From Octopus sinensis (lineage: Eukaryota), in the NCBI RefSeq assembly GCF_006345805.1, contig NC_043008.1:12586001-12650000 (forward strand): a DNA stretch of 64,000 bases. The letters run 5' to 3'. Positions 42,587-53,875 of this stretch are shown one piece after another. A program made the position numbers and the translations under genes. The notes under the pieces were generated by a model. The model saw nothing but the letters and a program-made list of their open reading frames with translations. It was not told the origin of the DNA and ran no database searches. Position 1 is the stretch's first letter, and each line of letters opens with the position of its first letter.

Positions 42587-43139
42587 TATATATATATTTA
42601 TATACTATATATTTGTTATATGTATATTTGTATACTATATATGTTTGTGCATCTAGGTATGTGTATACATATATATATACACACATGCTCATGTGTAGAT
42701 TTTTCCTACAGCTGAACACATATTCCCCTCTCCTCCTGTAACCTTAAACTATATAACCAAATTCATGTGAAGATAAAATAATAATGATCATGATCTAAGT
42801 GAGATAAAATTACATTTGACTTTTATTTAAAAAAAAAAAATTGCATCTCCACACATCTTCACAGAATGTTAATCTTCTTAAGAGTAATATGTTTACTACG
42901 CATGGTTTACTTAAACAATTTCAATTTTGATATATTTTAAGACTATTTGAAAAATAAAAATGAAAATTAGGTTCATGAAAAACAAATAAAAGCCAATTCT
43001 AAAATATTTGTCGTTTCTTTTATTTATTTGCTTAATGTTCTGTCTCTTTTTCTCTCTCTCACTCTCTCTTTCTCTTTCACTCACTCTGTTTCTCTTATTG
43101 TTTGCTTGCTTTTGGTTGTTTTTAATAATGTTCTTCATT

Positions 43140-43400
43140 ATTTGACGTCCCCTTTTCCATGCTTGCATGGGTCAGGGGGAATTTGTTGAGGCATATTTTC
43201 TACGGCTGGAAGCCCTTCCTGTCAACAACCTTCACCTGTTTCCTTGCAAAGTAATATTTTCCTATGACTGGACATGGTTTTCACGGAAGACAGGAAAAAG
43301 ATATCGCTTGTATAACGGTGATACTCATTTACAGACGGTATATGATGTCTAGACAAAGTTACACATTGACGCACACATATACATACACACAGACATCACG
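43140..43400 (-). mobile_element. SINE family E
   Basis: Similar to 15680-15870 and 28065-28250; shares the AGGAAGGGCTTCCAGCCGTAG motif with family D. Confidence 0.65.
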
Positions 43401-43957
43401 TTTCTTTCAATTCACATCTACCAAATCCATTTATATAGATATATATAAAAGACAAAATGGGACAAGAACGCAAAACATCCGGACAACTAGGTGATACAAT
43501 AAGGGACAACAAAACATCCAGATAGACGATACAAAAAAAAACAAGGACGGGTCATTCGAAGCCTTTTATCTTCAGTCAAGAACCGGATCATCCTCGCAAT
43601 TTCGGCTGATTAATCTTGAGATTGCTTCAATCTGGCCAGCCCCAAGGAAAAACTAATCTAAGAACATTAGATTCCTTGGAAAAAAAGCATCGAATGTATT
43701 CGAAAAACAAGGACGGAAAAACAGACAATGTTACACGAATATAAATACAAAAATACAATAAAAATAACAATAATAATAATAACAGGATATAACAACAGGC
43801 GTCTTTCGACTGGAGACGAATTGAATTCAGCTGGCGTGTGTGGAAATGAAGCCTTACGGCAGAGGGAAGAATATCGATGTGACAATATATATATATATAT
43901 ATATATATATACTGTTCAGTATCTATGTGTTGAATAAAATTTATCTTTCTACTTGTT

Positions 43958-44123
43958 TTATAAGTTTTTAAAGTGGTAGTGATGAAGACAAGTGACCAGG
44001 AAACCACTGCACGATTTTGACAATGTCTCTTGGGCAAAGATTTTATATATGCTGATGCTATGAGCAAAATGGTTTTTACCTTTTGGCTGTATCACTGGAT
44101 TTGCTTTTATGTCATATATATTG
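43958..44123 (-). CDS. Tentative terminal exon of the minus-strand gene
   Basis: Strong acceptor TTTCTCTTTATACTTCCATTCTATCCAG; phase-2 frame NIYDIKANPVIQPKGKNHF..HFKNL*; internal donor AAG|GTAAAA at 44080 is an alternative end. Confidence 0.3.
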
Positions 44124-44244
44124 CTGGATAGAATGGAAGTATAAAGAGAAATCACAAGTTTCACAAAAAAAACAAAAACAAAACAAATTGTGTGATCTAT
44201 GTTAATTTGACAGACAAGAGAGTGTGACTCTTCACAAACTGTAC

Positions 44245-44328
44245 CCTCTGTAATAATGAACCCTTGCTGTCATGCGAGGTAATATTTTTGAGAGTTTATG
44301 AACAGCTGAGTAAACCTCTGCAGCGTAT
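44245..44328 (-). CDS. Tentative internal exon (phase 2-2)
   Basis: Acceptor GTGTCTCTCCCTCCAG; reads YAAEVYSAVHKLSKILPRMTARVHYYR; weak donor GG|GTACAG. Confidence 0.25.
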
Positions 44329-44391
44329 CTGGAGGGAGAGACACTAAGGTGGATATATATGGTTATACTTTAACCAATAATTATCATCCCT

Positions 44392-44722
44392 TGCAGTTCC
44401 ATGGATGCTGCGAATATGTTGACTTGTTTTTCGTTTGTAGTGTGTCTGTGACTGGAGATGGGGTAAGTATACTTGAGGCATGGCACTTGCTTCTGGAAAC
44501 AGTCCAAGCATAGCAGAAGGAGTCAAGTTTTTGTCTCTGCAATATCTTTAGCCAACAATATGATGTGCAGCTCCATGGATGCTGCGAACATGTTGACTTG
44601 TTTTTCGTTTGTAGTCTGTGACTGGAGAGGCGGTAAGTATACTTGAGGCATGGCACTTGCTTCTGGAAACAGTCCAAGCATAGCAGAAGAGGTTAAGTTT
44701 CTGTCTCTGCAATACCTTTGGC
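44392..44722. repeat. Local tandem duplication, period ~174 bp
   Basis: Units 44392-44552 and 44566-44722 are highly similar; not seen elsewhere in the window. Confidence 0.9.
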
Positions 44723-44824
44723 GATCGACCATATAGTAATTGGATAGATATGAAAGATGGATAACACGACTAGATAACAAGACATTCAAGTTAACTACGT
44801 TTCTAGAATATGATGCATTTGCTG
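44716..44824 (-). CDS. Tentative internal exon (phase 1-2, NAGNAG acceptor)
   Basis: TTTTATCTTTTGCTGTTGCTCCCAG|CAG; reads ANASYSRNVVNLNVLLSSRVIHLSYLSNYYMVDRQ; donor AAG|GTATTG. Confidence 0.25.
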
Positions 44825-45199
44825 CTGGGAGCAACAGCAAAAGATAAAATGCTGATTAAACATGTGTTAGTGCTTGCAGTCTTGAGCAGAAAAAACAACC
44901 TTATTATAGAGCTAGGACCTATCAACAGGATACATTTATCACAGATCTCCTTTGCTCTAATAGTTTTTGGGATTGTAGCAAAGATTAGATTTTTCATCAT
45001 GACAAGAAACTAAGAAAAGTTATTAAAAAGGAATTCTATAGAACTGGAAGTATTAATTTATACCAATTCTTGTCTAAGGTAACAGTTGTAACGAGTGATT
45101 CCTTCTGATGCAATATTCTTCGGTTTATTGTCATATTTGGGGTTGGTCATCTTCTGCCAATTAAACACGTGCACTATTTATTTGATCGCCACCTTTGAT

Positions 45200-45277
<78 letters not shown>

Positions 45278-45290
45278 GATTATTATTATT

Positions 45291-45843
45291 GAGTGACAGA
45301 GCAGTGCATGCCATCAAAGTGACACTGGGATAAAATATACGAAGCCCAGTATACCCATCATGACTACCCGCCTGATAAGGGTGCACCAGGCACATGCATC
45401 ACAACCATTTGTGCGCGACATGGTGATCTCATATCAAGATAAACAGCGCACGACCTTGCAGGTGGGGCCCAATTTGAATTTTCTTCAGGTCAAGTAGCCC
45501 AACCTGCTCAAAAGGTCCCTGAATAAGGGTTGTTTAAGGATGTTGAATAAAACACCCATGTTTCCAGAGGTGAATTATTCAAGACCCAAAGAATCCCTCT
45601 CAACACATGGCTATGATGCTCTCCTACTACTTCTGCTCGTGATCAGAGATGCATATATCGTCAGCCACTAAGGGACATGCTCAACTGGTTAAGGTCAAAC
45701 AACTGACAAGCAAATCTGTGGTATTGAGCAGAATATTTGCTGTAACCCATCTTTTATACCAAGACAAAACAATGTACATGATAACACTTCCAATCAGTTA
45801 AGATCAGAGGCCATGAGAGCCACTGTCTGGTACTGCATCTGGG

Positions 45844-45846
<3 letters not shown>
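45291..45846 (-). mobile_element. Non-coding (TAA)n-resident interspersed element, family T
   Basis: Flanked by (ATT)n on both sides; its ~190 bp end matches 60534-60712 in the opposite orientation. Confidence 0.75.
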
Positions 45847-45911
<65 letters not shown>

Positions 45912-45944
45912 TTAAACCGTTAATCTACATACCTGTTACAATAA

Positions 45945-46700
45945 CTTGTCGAGACACACCCAGCGTCCTGTCTCCTTGAGTTCCCGCTAGTGTTCACTTA
46001 TTCTTTCGCTCATGCTACACGCTGTGTATCCATTGTACGTCGTCGTCCTGCTTTATACTACAGACTACTTCCTCATTTTATACTTTATCTATGGGCTTAC
46101 TCTACACACTACACAGGAAATTCTATCAAATGAGTATGTTCCACAGATCAAGGATTTTATGTGGGCTGCTGGACGCTCTACTACTTCAATCTGTAGATTC
46201 GTCTTACGTAAGATTTTTCTAAAATGATACGTTAGCTCACCAGCAGGGTTTGCATCGACGAACATGATATTTTTAGTTGTCATGCCACAGGTTGGCCTTA
46301 CCCACTTTCCTCTCAGTTCTTTCTAGCTATTTCAAGATTTACTTTTGTATAGTGGGCATATCCTATTTGCGTCATTCTCTATGATGGTCTTAACATTTGC
46401 CATGGCTCATTTGCACACTTTGATTCTGTCTCTTAAGCTGTACGCAGAGAAGTGCATGCGGTGGATAAAGTGTTGGGTCGCATGTGCAGGACACATTTTC
46501 CATCACCTTAAAGAAATCGGCCATTAGGATGTTGAACTTGGACCAGGTATTAGGAGGCCACGGGTTTGGCATAGTGCGAATGAAGGATTTGGATCTTGTT
46601 ATTCCTAGTTTCCAGCCAAAGTTCAGTGTCTATTCAGTGTCTTCTATTTCTTACCTAAAAATATAGGTTAATATCATATGATCTCTTAGATAATTACATG
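45945..46700 (-). pseudogene. Decayed Penelope-like element, linker plus GIY-YIG endonuclease region
   Basis: ..DANRICPLYKSK..MFVDANPAGELTYHFRKILRKTNLQIEVVERPAAHIKSLI..CVVC..YNGYTACSMSERISEH matches PLE motifs (FVPxTPxGEL, IKVVER, CxxC, YIGETxRxxxERxxEH); many stops. Confidence 0.75.
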
Positions 46701-46789
46701 TAACTCTCATAAATGTACTTGAAACACAAGTTATTCAGTCCGACTCATTCCAGTATAGATAACAGACTTCATGTGATGATAGTGAGTCT

Positions 46790-47170
46790 GTCATCGTTAG
46801 CATGCCAGGCGAAATGCGTAGCCGTATTTTGTCTGCTGTTACGTTCTGAGTTCAAATCCCGCCGAGGTCGACTTTGCCTTTCTTCCTTTCGGGATCGATT
46901 AAATAAGTACCAGTTACGCACTTGGGTCGATAAAATCGATTTAACCCGTTTGTCTGTCCTTGTTTGTCCTCTCTGTGTTTAGCCCCTTGTGGGTAGTAAA
47001 GAAATAGGTATTTCGTTGGTCTTTACGTTCTGAGTTCAAATTCCGCTGAGGTCGACTTTGCCTTTCATCCTTTCAGGGTCGATAAACTAAGCACCAGTTT
47101 GTGTTCTGGGGTCGATCTAATCGACTGGCCCCCTCCCCAAAATTTCGAGCCTTATGCCTAGAGTAGAAAA
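46790..47170 (+). mobile_element. Family B SINE dimer inserted in the PLE remnant
   Basis: Two Nin-like domains joined through AAAGAAATAGGTATTTCG. Confidence 0.85.
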
Positions 47171-47605
47171 GATTGTGTGCTACAAGGACAAGGCTCAATG
47201 GGAAAGTTCTGTACAACATTCTCCCAAAACAGATTGACGCGTAAGCTATCTAAGATATAAAACCTGCTCCTACTTGCTTAATTGATTTTTATGTCAAAGG
47301 AACTGATGAAGAAGTGACTGGCTATTCAATATCTACAACTTGTCATTCACTTAAACCATCACATAAATATTGTTGTCTTAGCACATCGTTTCCTATGTTT
47401 CTGCTGAACAAGTCTCAACAACTTTCTTTGTCCATTTATTGCAATGCTTTCTTTTGATATTATTGGGCCTTCTCCAAATCGATTACTATCTTATCTGTCT
47501 AGTCTGTCTAAATTAGGTGTCCTGGTTTACTCAGTCCGGCTTACATATATCTTGTGTTAGCTCTATAAACTAGACAACGATAGAACATGACAAAGCATGA
47601 CTTTT

Positions 47606-47977
47606 GGAAGCACTCCGTCGGTTACGACGATGAGGGTTCTGGTTGATCCGAATCAACGGAACAGCCTGCTCGTGAAATTAACGTGTAAGTGGCTGAGCAC
47701 TCCACAGACACGCGTACCCTTAACGTAGTTCTCGGGGATATTCAGCGTGACACAGAGAGTGACAAGGCCGGCCCCTTGAAATACAGGTACAGAAACAGGA
47801 AGTAAGAGTGAGAGAAAGTTGTGGTGAAAGAGTACAGCAGGGATCACCACCATCCCCTGCCGGAGCCTCGTGAAGCTGTAGGTGTTTTCGCTCAATAAAC
47901 ACTCACAACGCCCGGTCTGGGAATCGAAACCGCGATCCTATGACCGCGAGTCCACTGCCCTAACCATTGTGCCTCCA
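47606..47977 (-). mobile_element. Family C SINE, full length with 12-bp TSD
   Basis: CAAAGCATGACT at 47591-47602 and 47980-47991; colinear with 21043-21428. Confidence 0.9.
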
Positions 47978-48058
47978 TACAAAGCATGACTAGGCTATCC
48001 ATCACAACAGGGAAAGATGTCTACGTTTATGTAACTCATTGACATTTTAATATCTAAC

Positions 48059-48164
48059 CTCAATTCCAACGATGCTAACGTATCCAAGTTAATAAAGTCA
48101 TTTGTGTAGTATCCCCAAGCATAATATATTATAGATTTGACTGCAATAGTTCGAAATATTTGAA
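48059..48164 (-). CDS. Tentative exon (phase 1-2, 106 nt)
   Basis: Acceptor TTTCTTATTATACAG; reads VQIFRTIAVKSIIYYAWGYYTNDFINLDTLASLELR; donor GAG|GTTAGA. Confidence 0.2.
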
Positions 48165-48260
48165 CTGTATAATAAGAAATTAATGTAATCAGCCATGCTC
48201 TGAGATAAGCAAGAATCATAATATTTCTATATAAGAATGAAACCTGGAATGGTTTCATAC

Positions 48261-48268
48261 CTCCTCTT
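48261..48268 (-). CDS. Tentative 8-nt microexon (phase 2-1)
   Basis: TTTTTACTATTAACAG|AAGAGGAG|GTATGA; continues exon 1 in frame as K-R-G. Confidence 0.3.
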
Positions 48269-48737
48269 CTGTTAATAGTAAAAATTTAAGCGATTAAAAG
48301 CATTTAACTTGGAACTATATGAATAATAAACACTTACTGAATGGTAAGAATAAACTATACTCATAAGTGTTATAAAACAATTTAGCTATGATTCAAAATC
48401 ACTTGACAACCGATGCCGATGTCTTTACGTCCCCGTAACTTAGCGGTTCGGCAAAAGAGACCGATAGAATAAGTACTAGGTTTACAAAGAATAAGTCGTG
48501 CGGTCGATTTGCTCGACTAAAAGCGGTGCTCCAGCATGACCGCAGTCAAATGACTGAAAACAAGTAAAAGAGTAAAGAGTAAAGAGTAAAACAGGTGAGA
48601 TAAGACCAGAAGACCAAAAGTTGAAATTGTAGCGGGAAAACGAAATATATTGAAGATTGTTGGACTCCAACAAGAAGGATCAATCTGCAGTAGTTTAGTG
48701 GTTAAGTGCAGATGCAGATGCAGCTGCAAACTGGTCG

Positions 48738-48773
<36 letters not shown>

Positions 48774-48859
48774 CACACACATACCCACGCGGCTCTCACA
48801 AACAGTCTCATAAGTCGATAAAAAAATCACCGAAACGAAACAAGCCAGTATCTTCTTAC

Positions 48860-48942
48860 TTTCGAGTAAAAGTAATTTCCGCTGAACCGTAATGAGTAAG
48901 AAAATAAACAAACTCTAGAATAACAGCGAACAGCTTAAGCAT
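48860..48942 (-). CDS. Putative first coding exon with a signal peptide
   Basis: ATG at 48942; MLKLFAVILEFVYFLTHYGSA-EITFTR, then AA|GTAAGA donor; lies in non-repetitive CpG-retaining sequence. Confidence 0.45.
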
Positions 48943-49549
48943 ACTAAAATAATTGAGAGTTAATCGTAAATATGTTGTTTACGTATTAGAAAAAAAAAAC
49001 GCAGAAAAGCACTGTTTTGCTTCAGAGACATGTCAGTTGACAGTGGGTTCGAATTTTGGCACAGGACCAGTACTTTCTTAAGGGAGAGGATAAGTTGTGT
49101 ACATCGACCCACTGCTTAATCTGGTGCTTATTTTATTGATCCTGAAGGATGAAAAGCAAGGTCGACCTCGGCGGAATTTGAACTCGGAAAGTAAAACTAG
49201 TGGGAAGAAGTACAGCAATATACATTTTCCCTTAATCTCTAACAATTCTGTTAATAAAAAGAATAATAATACGGCTTAATAAAAGTAATAATATTTTTCT
49301 ACTTTTTGACACAAAGTCAGAAAATTTGAGGGGAGGACCAAGTCGGGTAGTTCGACTCTAATGCTTCACAGGTACTTATTCGATCTACCTCCAAAAGGAC
49401 GAAAGGTTATGTCGACTGCGGTGGTATTTAAGCTCAGAATATTAGGCCGAAAAATATGGTACTAAGCATTCTGTCATTCTCGTGTTTTCTAAACTAATTA
49501 CATATTCGTGTTCTTGATTATCTCCGGTGCAATAATTATTCAACTTTAC

Positions 49550-50860
49550 AAGGCGGTGAGCTACCAGAAACGTTAGCACGCCGGGCGAAATGCTTAACGG
49601 TATTTCGTCTGTCGTTACCTTCAGAGTTCAAATTCCGCCGAGGTCGACTTTACCTTTCATCCTTTCGGGGTCGATAAATTAAGTACCAGTTACGCACTGG
49701 GGTCGATGTAACCGACTTAATACCTATGTCTGTCCTTGTTTGTCCCCTCTTGTGGGTAATAAAGAAATAGGTATTTCGTCTGCCGTTACCTTTTGAGTTC
49801 AAATTCCGCCGAGGTCGACTTTGCCTTTCATCCGTTCGGGATCGATTAAATAAGTACCAGTTACGCACTGGGGTCGATTATATCGACTTAATTCGCCTGT
49901 CTGTCCTTGTTTGTCCACTCTGTGCGTAACACCTTGTGGGTAGTAAAGAAATAGGTATTTTGTCTGTCTTTATGTTCTGAGATCAAATTCCGCCGAGGTC
50001 GACTTTGCCTTTCATCCTTTCGGGGTCGATAAATTAAGTACCAGTTATGTACTGGATCGATATAATTGACTAGTTTCGACCCTCAAAATTTCAGGCCTTG
50101 TACCTAGAATAGAAAAAGACTATTCAACTTGTCGAGCTGGCAGAATCGTTAGCTCGCTTGGTGGAATTTCGTCCTCCTTACGTTGTAGGTTCGAATTCCT
50201 CGCAGATCGACTTTCTCTTTTATCCTTTCGGGGTGGATAAAATAAGTACCACTTGAGCTCAGGGGTCGATAAAATCGATTTAGTCCCTTCCCTTACAAGT
50301 TTTACGTTATTTTGTTAACTTATTTGTTTTATTCGTCAGGTTACAACAAAAGCAGCCAAGCATTAAAAGTAGAGGCCATCTCGGCAGAATTTGAACCCAG
50401 AACGCAGCGATAGACAAAATGGCACTAAGCGTTTCACCTGGCTTGCTAACAATTCTTTTCTACTCTAGGCACAAGGCCCAAATTTTGGGGTTTTTTTTGT
50501 GGTGGTGGGGCAGTCGGTTAGATGGACCCCAGTACGCAGCTGGTACTTAATTCATGGACCCCGGCGAGCTGGCAGAAACGTTAGCACGCCGGACGAAATG
50601 CTTAGCGGTATTTCGTCTGCCGTTACGCTGTGAGTTCAAATTCCGCCGAGGTCGACTTTGCCTTTCGTCCATTCGAGGTCGATAAATTAAGTACCAGTTA
50701 CGCACTGGGGTCGACGTAATCGACTTAATACCTATGTCTGTCCTTGTTTGTCCCCTCTATGTTTAGCCCCTTTTAAGTAATAAAGAAATAGGTACTTAAT
50801 TTATGGACCCCGAAATGATGAAAAGCAATCTCGCTCTCGGTGGTATTTGAACTCAGAACG
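49550..50860 (+). mobile_element. Cluster of family B SINEs including a trimer (49550-50110)
   Basis: Repeated Nin-like domain; units joined by AAAGAAATAGGTATTTCGTC; additional monomers and fragments. Confidence 0.85.
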
Positions 50861-51214
50861 AAGTAACCCTAACATTTCAAAACTTTGGCGCAACACAATA
50901 AATTTCCGGAGATGTTTATGCTTTCGCTGAAAAAGAAAAAGATGACGAACGTTTTCTTCTAAGACCATAAGCTTATCCAAGATATTCAACCAGTGGATCA
51001 TTATTTAATCCTCTCGCATGGACTGTGTGCAATACAACCATACAAATGATGGATTGCACAAATAACCATATTGAAGCATGACATAGACATTGTGATTCCA
51101 TCGTTAGATTATATTCAAATGTTTATTCCCTGTTGAATACTTTACGAAAAAACAAACAAACAAAACAGTATCCTATTAATGTTCAACTAACTGTGGTGCT
51201 TGCTTTATACAATA

Positions 51215-51215
51215 A

Positions 51216-51262
<47 letters not shown>

Positions 51263-51300
51263 TGATAATGATGATAATGATAATGATGATGATGATGATA

Positions 51301-51356
<56 letters not shown>

Positions 51357-51421
51357 AATAAAAATAATGATGATGATAATAATAATGATAATAATAATAA
51401 TAATGATAATGATGATAATAA

Positions 51422-51474
<53 letters not shown>

Positions 51475-51511
51475 TGATGATAATAATAATAATAATAATA
51501 ATGATGATATT

Positions 51512-51544
<33 letters not shown>

Positions 51545-51570
51545 AACAATAATAATAATAATAATAATAA
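51215..51570. repeat. (AAT)n/(GAT)n/(AAC)n compound microsatellite
   Basis: Direct reading. Confidence 0.97.
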
Positions 51571-51689
51571 TAAAGCAAAACAATGCTAAAAGCGATCTTT
51601 CATTCACTGAAAAGAATTCGAACTTTTGCGCTGATATTTTGCATTATCTTACGGGTACCGCATACAATATCAGATATAAATTAAGTTTC

Positions 51690-52440
51690 GTTCTTCATCT
51701 GCCGCTACTACGTTCTGAGTTCAAATTCTGCCGAGGTCGACTTTGCCTTTAATCCTTTCGGGGTCGATAAATAAGTACCAGTTACGCACTGGAATCCATA
51801 TAATCGACCTAATCCGTTTGTCTGCCCTTGTTTGTCCTCTCTGTGTTTAGCCCCTTGTGGTTAGCAAAGAAATAGGTATTTCGTCTGCCGTTACGTTCTG
51901 AGTTCAAATTCCGCCGAGGTCGACTTTGCCTTTAATCCTTTCGGGGTCGATTAGATAAGTACCAGTTACGCACTGGGGTCGATATAATCGACTTAATACT
52001 TTTGTCTGTCCTTGTTTGTCTTCTCCGTGTTTAGCCCCTTGTGGTTAGCAAAGAAATAGGTATTTCGTCTGCCGTTACGTTGTGAGTTCAAATTCCGCCG
52101 AGGTCGACTTTGCCTTTCATCCTTTCGGGGTCGATTAGATAAGTACCAGTTACGCACTGGGGTCGATATAATCGACTTAATACTTTTGTCTGTCCTTGTT
52201 TGTTTTCTCCGTGTTTAGCCCCTTGCGGGTAGCAAAGAAATAGGTATTTCGTCTGTCTTTACGTTCTGAGTTCAAATTCCGCCGAGGTCGACTTTGCCTT
52301 CAATCCTTTCGGGGTCGATAAATAAGTACCAGTTACGCACTGGAATCCATATAATCGACCTAATCCGTTTGTCTGCCCTTGTTTGTCCTCTCTGTGTTTA
52401 GCCCCTTGTGGTTAGCAAAGAAATAGGTATTTCGTCTGCC
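51690..52440 (+). repeat. Head-to-tail tetramer of the family B SINE body (~180-bp unit)
   Basis: Four full units plus the start of a fifth; variant pattern A-B-B-A. Confidence 0.92.
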
Positions 52441-52780
52441 ACTCTTCCCGAAAATGTCCTGCCTTGTTCTTCCATCAAGTTTTATGTCTTGTTTAGACAT
52501 TCCTCAGATCCAAATGACGTTATTGTTTTTGCTTTTTTTTTCTCCAGCATAAAATGTAAAAGATTTGCGTTTGCATTTTATGGTTTATATCTATCAAGTC
52601 ATATGTCATCATACGTTCATTAAAAATAATATTATTAGGGGCTGAAGACTCTGATATCAGGACAGGAAATTTGATGTAACCATGTGTAATAACTAGCTTG
52701 TATTGCAACACACACACACACACACCACACACACACACACACAACACACACACACACACATGCATATGCATATATATATG

Positions 52781-52817
<37 letters not shown>

Positions 52818-53477
52818 TGCATATATGCATATATATGTATATATATATGTGTGTGTGTGTGTATATATACATACACATTCATGTGTGTATGTTTACAAAC
52901 ACACTCATATATATGTGTGTGTATGTGTATACGTATGTATGCATGTATGTATAAATATATACACCACACACACACATGTATATATATATATATTATATAT
53001 ATATATATATATCAATATATCTGTGTTTGTTTCTACCTCTGTGTCTCTGCGTGTGCGAACAATTTATTCATTATATAACGTTGTTCAGTCATATTAGGAA
53101 AAAACCTGACATTTTTAATGTTTTTTTCTTATATTTCCTATAATTTTTTGCATCCGACCATTGTTCTTGTTGAATAAATCTAAGATCGTTTGTTTGTGCA
53201 GGACAATATATCATTCTGTAATGGAAATTACTTTATGCAACAATATCCTTAGCTTGAAGCCAGAAGCAACCTTATCAGGTGAGATTTTTTTTCTTTTCTA
53301 TATATGTGTGTGTGTGTCTGTGTGTGTTTGTGTGAGAGCCTGAACCGAAGTCGTAGTTTTCGTTTCTTTTGTCTTTCCACTTTGTTCTCTTCTATATATT
53401 TTGGTTTTTCTATATCCTCATTATAATAATGCTGCCATTTAATGATGTATTCGATTATTTTCATATTTTCTTTAATA

Positions 53478-53875
53478 GCAGATGGGTGGCTGTGTGGTAA
53501 GTAGCTTGCTAACCAACCACATGGTTCCGGGTTCAGTCCAGTCCCACTGCGTGGCATCTTGGGCAAGTGTCTTCTGCTATAGCCCCGGGCCGACCAATGC
53601 CTTGTGAGTGGATTTGGTAGACGGAAACTGAAAGAAGCCTGTCGTATATATGTATATATATATATGTGTTTGTGTGTCTGTGTTTGTCCCCCTAGCATTG
53701 CTTGGTGTATTTACGTCCCCGTAACTTAGCGGTTCGGCAAAAGAGACCGATAGAATAAGTACCGGGCTTACAAAGAATAAGTCCCGGGGTCGATTTACTC
53801 GACTAAAGGCGGTGCTCCAGCATGGCCGCAGTCAAATGACTGAAACAAGTAAAAGAGTAAAAGAGTAAAAGAGCA
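53478..53875 (+). mobile_element. Family A SINE, full length, CpGs intact
   Basis: Colinear with 56400-56820. Confidence 0.9.

Noticed and set aside
44633-44642. U1 snRNA 5' end (ATACTTACC on the minus strand)
   Set aside because: Only the 9-mer matches; it is the complement of a consensus splice donor.
44030-44830. ANF-receptor/class C GPCR similarity of ASYS..LL..IHLSY, and RT-like FDNVSW
   Set aside because: Resemblance is limited to a few residues and flanking motifs do not match.
47304-47330. CTGATGA heptamers here and near 9230 and 35135 as further hammerheads
   Set aside because: No stem II followed by GAAA and no stem I pairing.
48860-48880. AKH/ACP-like neuropeptide (EITFTR..)
   Set aside because: No downstream exon supplying the required Trp8 and Gly-Lys-Arg amidation site was found.
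49550-52440. CRISPR-like regular repeats
   Set aside because: Units are ~180-bp SINE bodies with no unique spacers and no cas genes, in a eukaryotic context.
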